A stretch of DNA of 46,497 nt from Veleropilina oligotropha (Eukaryota): assembly GCA_048128005.1 (NCBI GenBank), contig JBEUKZ010000133.1, forward strand, positions 62,001 through 108,497, given 5' to 3'. The first letter of the stretch is position 1. Every line of letters starts with the position of its first letter. Under the pieces are notes generated by a model. It had not been told where the DNA came from, ran no database searches, and was given only the letters and a program-made list of their open reading frames with translations. This document shows, one piece after another, positions 37,949 to 46,497 of this stretch. Both the position numbers and the translations under genes were made by a program.

Positions 37949-39854
37949 CCAGGTATTTTAATAAGGTCCAACTTTCAGATATGGAAACGCCACTTCCCAC
38001 CCATCGCAGGAGTTCCAGTAAAAGTTCGATTGCATAGATCGCCCCATGGTAATGCGCCTCATTGATCTTCCTTGGTTTTTCAAGTATTGGGCGATTCTTC
38101 CTTTCATTCTTTCCCTCACCGGTTCTTATTCATAAGTTGATCAACAACCTCGTTGTTAATGTTCAATCTAGCTGTGCGTAATGCTTAACAATAAATTGGC
38201 GTCTTGTATTTACTGATAGTATAGATCATGATCAAGGAAATTTAATTTCCACCTGGACATGTGTATATTATCGCGGGAGAAAAATCCTGTCGCACGGAAA
38301 AACCTGCATTCTCCGGCCATTTATGGACAACTGTGACTGGCTACGCAGCGAAGAATGCCATTGTCCCATGATCATCAACCGATGTTCTAACGTATTAATT
38401 ACTGTCAAGTAAATACACTCAGAGCCCATACTCTTATCCACTCGGCTACCGGAGCGGCGCGTGAGGAAATTAATTAAAATACACACACACACAACCTCGC
38501 TCGCTCGCACACACACAATTTAACCAAAGTTGCACTAACATTTTCAGCTTTGTTAATGTTTTCAAAATAGCACACAATATGTTACATTTACAATTTCAAT
38601 ACCTAATATTTGGTTTTCAAAACTTGATGCTTACTTTCCTGATTTTAACGCTCTATCATAACATGTCCATATTATGACGAGAGGAAATCCAGGTCGCCCG
38701 TGAAATCCCGTCAAATCCGATCAGTTTGTACGAAATATGTGTAATTAGCGGCTGTCAGTTGTGTTATAGCCCCAATATTCATGTTATGCGCGAACTACCG
38801 CAACGACGCACATGTGGAAGTATGGTGATCTGTAAGGGACATTTCGGGATTCGGCATTACCATGCATGATTATACTCTAGCTACTTGATATCGACTGAAT
38901 CGTTGGCTTTATTAGTATTGTACCGGTAGTGTTATATGGACAGTAAATGACTACTTATATGTGTAGTTTAGATAAACGCAAATACGTTCCAATAATACGG
39001 ATTGTTACTGATGTTTTTTCAGTTTTACGTCAAATTAAAGATTGTTCACCAAAAACGTCTTACCTCTGGTACTAGTGAACACCCACCGCGACAGAAAGAA
39101 TCGATGCTTAATGTCCTGTATATTTCCAACCATCATTTGGTTCAAAGCATGACATTATCGCGAAAGGAAAGCCCAATCAGTTACGGTCAACTGTGATTCA
39201 TAAATTGAACAAATGTGTGATGTCCCTGCCGAGGTTTGAAACCACTACTTTTCGCGTCAGCGGAATCAAGTCAGTTATTTTCGTTTTCCACAACAGATAA
39301 CACACGACTGTCGAAGCGGCTTGGCATTGGATGGACCTGTGTAATGGATGGAGAGATATGCATATAAAGGAGCAATATGCATTGGTTTATTGGATTATCA
39401 TGATTATTCGAATTCGATAGCTGGATATATGATTTGTGATTGATCAAAATTAATATGATCAAAACGCGTTATATGAAAAATACGTCATCATTATTATGTG
39501 ATATTTATGGCCGTATTCGGAGTATGTAAGGATTTATCCCAGATGAAATTCTTGATGGAAAGAAATAGTGGTGAAACATATATCGATAAAAATTGTATTG
39601 TAAAAGTTAATATATTGTCTATATTGTATTGTCGTATATTTATTTTGAACTTCTGCAAACTGGATTTGTAGACCATTAAATGCTTTACAAATTGCTTTTT
39701 CATTTCTTCTGCAATCATGTTGTTTTGGCTCATGTAAAAGTCATTTGCTACCTTGTAGATCAGTTTCACACTATCTGAAATAATTGTCTATTTTTATTTT
39801 GTCACTGTCCATTATTAATCGTAATAATGGACCCCTAGTCGAAATAATGAACAA

Positions 39855-40278
39855 CAGTCATTATCTTGATTTCACCGTTAATCCTATGTTCTGATTGGCT
39901 GACGTCATTTTGTTAACTCACCGTTTACACCGAGCCGTTGTTTATGGATTCTTAAACAACGGTGACGTCATAATCATCTGTTCTGATTGGCTAACTGGCC
40001 GTCAAGGGAAATAACTCGGCCTCACTGACACCGTAGATAGGTAAATGCAAATGACTGCTAACAAGTGTTATGAACGAAATCGGGACTCTGTTAATCAAGC
40101 ATCACGATAAGAAATCAAGGTAAAATGAAGATAAAATCAAGATAAATACGTTGTCGAACAACATCTCGGTAAATACGTTGGATTGAATACCTCATAACGT
40201 TAAACTAGCGCCTCGTGGTTTAACTTTATTCGGTATTCAATCCACCGTATTCACCGCGATGTCGTCCGACAACTTATA
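39855..40278. mobile_element. Non-autonomous element with inverted repeats plus ~125 bp terminal hairpin
   Basis: ttatcttgattt (39861) / aaatcaagataa (40134), hairpin 40150-40273, internal ctgattggct and tgacgtca motifs twice. Confidence 0.65.
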
Positions 40279-42316
40279 ATGAGTAATGGGCAGTTACTTC
40301 ATGCTTGCAAGACATTATTCTATATAATTGATGCAAAGATCAATGAATGACGTCACAACTGTTATTTAACTTACGATTAAAGAATGAGAAGTTTTATAGC
40401 TACATAATTAGGTTATGTTTATTTAGGCCGCTGGCGAAACAATATAGTAATTAATTATACAATATACTGATATATAACAAAACTACATGTCAATTACAAT
40501 ATTAAATACATATATTAATGAATATTATTTAATTCCTTATACATTTTAATAATTTCTTAAGTCGTCTAGGTGGTTATATGAATCTGTGATGGAGCAACCG
40601 TCTATTTGAGTTCCATCTTCTACCATCACTATAAGAAGGGGAAGATCGGGTAGAAATGTGACAGCGACATTACAATGTATACGCTACCTTTACTGATATC
40701 TAAGCATTGAGCGTATTTAACCCCATTGGTTTTTTTTGTAATAATATACCCTTAAACGATATGGCATATCATGTCTCCACCTTTGAACGAATGTAATGTG
40801 TAATCTGTTTTAAACAAGCATCCACAATCGACGCACCTTGATCTTCTCATGGTCTCTATGTCCTTTAAGTGGGACGGCATGTTAAGGGTTCAACTACCGC
40901 ACCCAGCGTGGCTTAAAACTAATAAAATGGCTGGCTTATAAACCCGTCATCCGTCCATTGATAGAGACGTTACACCAAGGTTCCGACAAAATGTGGTCGT
41001 AAAACTAAACTGATTCACCCCCACCTCTATGACAATAAGACCCTAACCACAGTATTCCGTCCTGTAATCCCCTGCATTTTCCCCACAAACATGGCTGTAT
41101 CATCGGTGAATAATATAACATATTTTAAGTAATTATAGTCTAAGTTGCTTCTTATCAAATCAACATAATCTTAAAGCATATTCCGTATCATTAAAATAAA
41201 TAGCAAATAGAAATGGATAAAGACTTTCTCCTTGACCTAATCCTAAACTGCAATCAAAGAACTCGAATGTATTAGCACACATTATTATATATCAGCATGT
41301 TTATCAAATGTTCAATTCGATCATTTGTTACAAAATATTTTTTTCAAATACTGGATAATACGAGGTTCACACTTTGCACATTTTGGACAATTATTTCCCG
41401 ATATAATCTATAGGACATAACCTAATGAATCAATTTTATGTAATGAAATCTTCATACACAAAATAAAATTATCTCTTTTTATTGCAGAGAACAAAAGCAC
41501 AGATCCAAATAACTGTTGTAATCTCTTCTTCTAATCTGTTTCAACCAAGGTTATAGCATCACATTGTTATGCATGACGTGAATAACAATATTTCTTACCA
41601 AAACAATATTAAACATTATTCGTTAAAAATTCTGTCATGTTGAGGACTGAGTTCTCATGGCATATTTCTGACAGTTTCTGTTGTTGTTTTTTACAACAAA
41701 TGAATGATTTGTCCATGACGTTTTGCTTGCAAACTAACTCCGGATATTTTCACGATTTACGGAAATAGGTCGATTCGCTTTTCCCTTGAAAGGCTTTCTA
41801 TTGTAATGTTAAGGATCACTCACCAGAAAAAAATATTCCCTCAGATCACGTTATCGCTATTGTTGTCCGGTGTCTTAAGATTAAGGAATGAGAAGTTTAC
41901 AACTACCACCAAAGAGCATTGCATGAACATATGAATACATTATGTCTTATGAATATCGCAGCCGATGTCATGAGATAATATTTATAATCTGTTCAGAAAA
42001 TCTATATCAATACTAGGACATGCGCCTTCTACCTATTTAAGTGGTAGAATGGGCCAAAACCCCAATGGAATTCTATTATACATGAAAAATAAGATCATAT
42101 TTTACTGAAAAACACGATGAAAAATAGCCCATATCAATTGGAGCTTCCGACTCATTCAAGATTAATAAACGTCGTGCCATTCCAATATAATACTATGTAA
42201 TAGGTGATGGTGCTATGGGCCAATAAATATGGTCAGAGAAAATTCATAAGAAAATGCCTTATAATAAATACATATATACTGATTGCATGGTTTGTTTCAG
42301 TATCTCACTTGAATGA

Positions 42317-43046
42317 ACTAGAAAAACGTTGTGCCAGAGTAAAAGGTGGCTAACAACAAAGCTCATGTATGAATCAGTATGCAGTAATGCACTCACTGAT
42401 AAAACATCAAACAAAATGCAAATCTCTAGAAACAAACCAAATTTGAATCAAATTGGTCGAGAACTTTTCACTGTATAGCGCACACAAGAAATATCTTCAA
42501 AACAAAATTGCCACCACAGCGGCCATCTTGAATCCGAAAACAACAAATATCGTTAGACGGTGTGTCCTCATCATAATGAACGTGCATACCGAATTTGAAT
42601 CAAATCATAATATAACTCTTCACTGTAGAGCGGATACAAGAAATATCTTCCAAACAAAATGGCCACCACGGCGGCCGTATTGAATCCGAAAACGACGAAA
42701 ATCGTTAGGCGGCGTGTCCTCATGAAAACAAACTTGCATAACGAATTTGAATCAAATCGGATTAGAACTTTTCACTGTAGAGTAGACACAAAAAGCTTTA
42801 ACCTAAAATTCACCTAAACTTCTATGTCCAAAGAGACCATCATATTTTCATTAATTATATAAAGTTTTATTAAATATCATTGCTAGAGTATTAGATGATA
42901 TCCATACAACCTATAACAAAGCATACATACACTAAAAAGTCCCTTGGACAACCCATATACACTCAACGAAAAACTTTAACCAAATTGTTGACACCGGACG
43001 GTACAGAAACAATATGCTTTTTCGCCTTCGGCGCGGGCGTAAAAAT
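42317..43046 (+). mobile_element. Helentron/HINE-like element in the 3' flank of Rac copy 3
   Basis: actaga start, internal ~150 bp tandem units (42440-42790), 3' hairpin cgccttcggcg followed by an A-run. Confidence 0.6.
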
Positions 43047-43415
43047 AACAGCAACACGCGTTACAATCAACTAAGGTTAGAAAATTATTACAACTAGCTA
43101 AGGTTAGAGAAAATGGTATGCCAATACCACAATCGAACATCAAATTGATTTAACCTTCGATGACTTTCAAAGATATGAAAAGCTAATACAATGATCAGTT
43201 GTCTGTTTCTTCAATTTTCTGTAATCGGCAATCCATTTGTAAAAGATATTTGATCGATAATATGCAACAAGTAAGAAGTATAAGCTCAAAGTTGTAAAAT
43301 ATTTTGAATTAGGGATTTCTCAAAGAAAGGATGATACATGTTCCTTTTGTACTAACAAACATTTGTATTACATAACATTATACAAACAGTGATAACAATA
43401 CTTGTGAAAATAGGT

Positions 43416-43706
43416 TTACAAAATATTGCACTTTCTCGCTTTTTTAATTGGAAGTTTAGGGCCTAGGACGGCCCTAATTGCCTCGTCAAAGACGGTTTTC
43501 AGGGCCTTTTGCGTCAGCGCCGAGCACTCGACGTAATTAACAGCGTCAATCTCCTTTTGCATCGCTAGACCCTGTGTGTATGCTATAGGGACCAGTTTCC
43601 TTTCCTTCAATATAGCGATCGTCTTTTTGTCTTCACGCAAATCCAGCTTGGTGCCCACCAATATGATCGGCGAGTTCGGGTTGTGATGTCTGACCTCGGG
43701 GCACCA
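43416..43706 (-). CDS. Rac1: Rac copy 3, last coding exon ([22 protein letters not shown]...KKARKCNIL stop); upstream exons not seen in window
   Basis: On - strand: ttttcag acceptor, 291 nt open frame to TAA, G4/G5 motifs and CaaX intact, colinear with 16425-16715. Confidence 0.9.
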   Translation of the reverse strand, partial: WCPEVRHHNPNSPIILVGTKLDLREDKKTIAILKERKLVPIAYTQGLAMQKEIDAVNYVECSALTQKALKTVFDEAIRAVLGPKLPIKKARKCNIL

Positions 43707-43860
43707 CTGAAAATTAAAAATGACAAAATAATCATTTGTCGTACAATAATATGTGTTTAGTAAATTGCTGAAATAAATATCTGTGAACGCTGCATTACTA
43801 TATATGTTCAGGCACGTAAGAAGATCGTATCACTTGGGGGGGGGGGGGGGGGGGGTCGCA

Positions 43861-44830
<970 letters not shown>

Positions 44831-44859
44831 TAATTTATATCATGTCCGCGTTGGGTATA

Positions 44860-46203
44860 TGGACAATTTTGTCAATTACAGATGTGAAAACCCCCTCTCC
44901 TGCATTTTTACAATGCAAACGTGATATTTCTTACCAACATTTATGAACCACCTTCACTATTTATAAAGTATGAGGCAATCTTTTGTTTTATTTTCACAAT
45001 CAACCACACACATTTCTGATTTTAAAAGTTAGGGGTCCAGACCACTTGGTCGAAGAAAATTTCGACAATTAACGGTGTGAAACTCCGTCTCCTGCATTAT
45101 TACAATGCTAACCCGATATTTTTTACCAACATTTATGAACCACTTTCTCTCTAACGTATGAGGCAATCTTTCGTTTTATTTTCACAATCAACCACATACA
45201 TTTCTGATTTTTAAAAGTTAGGGGTCCAGACCACTTGATCGATGAAAATTTTGACAATTAACCGTGTGAATTGCAATATTGCAATGCAAACGCGATATTT
45301 CTAACAAACATTTATGAACCATTTTCCCTAAAATGCGTAAGTAAATTTCGTTTTTTCACAATCAAACACATGAAAGTCTGGCAGTTCAAACGCGCTCTTT
45401 CGTATCAACATTTATAAACCATTTTCACTAAAACGTATGAGTACATATTTCGTTTTTTTTGACAATCATTTTCTGATTTTCAAAAGTTAGGGATCCAGAC
45501 CACTTGGTCGAAGAAAAGTTTGACAATTAACGGTGTGAAACGCCCTCTTCTGCATTTTTGCAATGCAAACGCGATATTTCTTACAGACATTTATGAACCA
45601 CCTTCAATAATATGTATGTGGCAATTTTTCGTTTTTACCACAATCAAACACATGCATTTCTGATTTTCAAAGGCGGTCTGGATCACCTGCCCCTCCCTCA
45701 GGAAAATTGCCTATTAACGGAGTGAAACCTCATCTCGTGCATTCTGACAGTGCGATCGCGATATTTCATATCAACATTTATAAACCATTTTCCCCAAAAT
45801 GCGTGAGTAAAATTTGTTTTTTCACAATCAAACACATGAAAGTCTGATTTCTAAAAGGGGTCCAGGCCACATGCCCCCCTCCCCCCGAAAATATTGATAA
45901 ATTATGGTGTGAAACCCCCTCTCCTGCATTCTGAAAGTTCAAACGCGCCATTTTTCAAATCAACATTTATAAACCATTTTCATTAAAACGTATTAGTACA
46001 TATTTCGTTTTTTTACAATCAATTTCTGATTTTCAAAAATTAGGGATCGAGACCATTTGGTCAAATAAAATCTTGACAATTAACGGTGTGAAACCCTCTC
46101 TCCTGCATTCTTACGGTGCGATCACATTATTATCACAATCAAACACATGTGTTTTTTATTTCCAAGGGGGGGGGGGGCGCTTCCCTCTCTGGATCCGCTT
46201 GTG
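44860..46203. repeat. Tandem array of ~170-190 bp monomers homologous to the interior of the hAT-like MITE, ending in its TIR
   Basis: Repeated gacaattaacggtgtgaaac..tcctgcatt..gatatttcttaccaacatttatgaaccattttc..ttttcacaatcaa. Ends ctggatccgcttgtg. Confidence 0.85.
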
Positions 46204-46497
46204 AATAACCGTTTCAATATAATGCTTAGCAAACTTATTAAAACAAAACTTTACAAGAATCACTTTCAGCGTACAAAATATTATTATATGCACAAAGCTG
46301 AACATAGCCAAAATTTAGCATGAGTAGGCCTATCAGTGTAGTAGCCTACATGGAGACGGCTAAAACATCCACTAAATACGCAAACTACAGTGTCAATGCG
46401 CCACACAAAATACTGTCATAATACCGACAATCACGGAAAATAAATAATTCCATATTTTCTTTACATTTATGAAATGTATGCGCTATCCACTAGTTAA

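Noticed and set aside
27301..43706. Copy 2 exons 1-4 and the 43416-43706 exon as one gene broken by inversion
   Set aside because: Copy 2 retains its own + strand 3'-flank remnants (33700-34780) that are also present behind the inverted exon, so these are separate copies.

Overview
AT-rich, intron-containing animal genomic DNA. The repeat types and a (TTAGGG)-type motif suggest a non-insect invertebrate such as a mollusc, but this is an inference. The window holds a cluster of three Rac (Rho-family GTPase) paralogs. Copy 1 is a complete 5-exon, 192-codon gene on + (4683-16715). Copy 2 is a tandem pseudogene on + (27301-33135) with a telomeric-repeat-containing insertion in exon 2, frameshifts in exon 3 and no last exon. 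Copy 3 is an inverted copy on - of which only the intact last exon (43416-43706) and 3' flank are in the window. The last exons of copies 1 and 3 differ at many amino acids relative to silent sites, which is unusual for Rac. The rest is dense, often nested transposon debris (Penelope, CR1, L2, RTE/BovB-like, I-group LINE, Tc1/mariner, tRNA-SINEs, several MITE types, Helentron-like elements) plus micro-, mini- and MITE-derived satellites. No prokaryotic features or CRISPR arrays. All alignments and counts were done by eye, and repeat boundaries are approximate unless a TSD/TIR is quoted.
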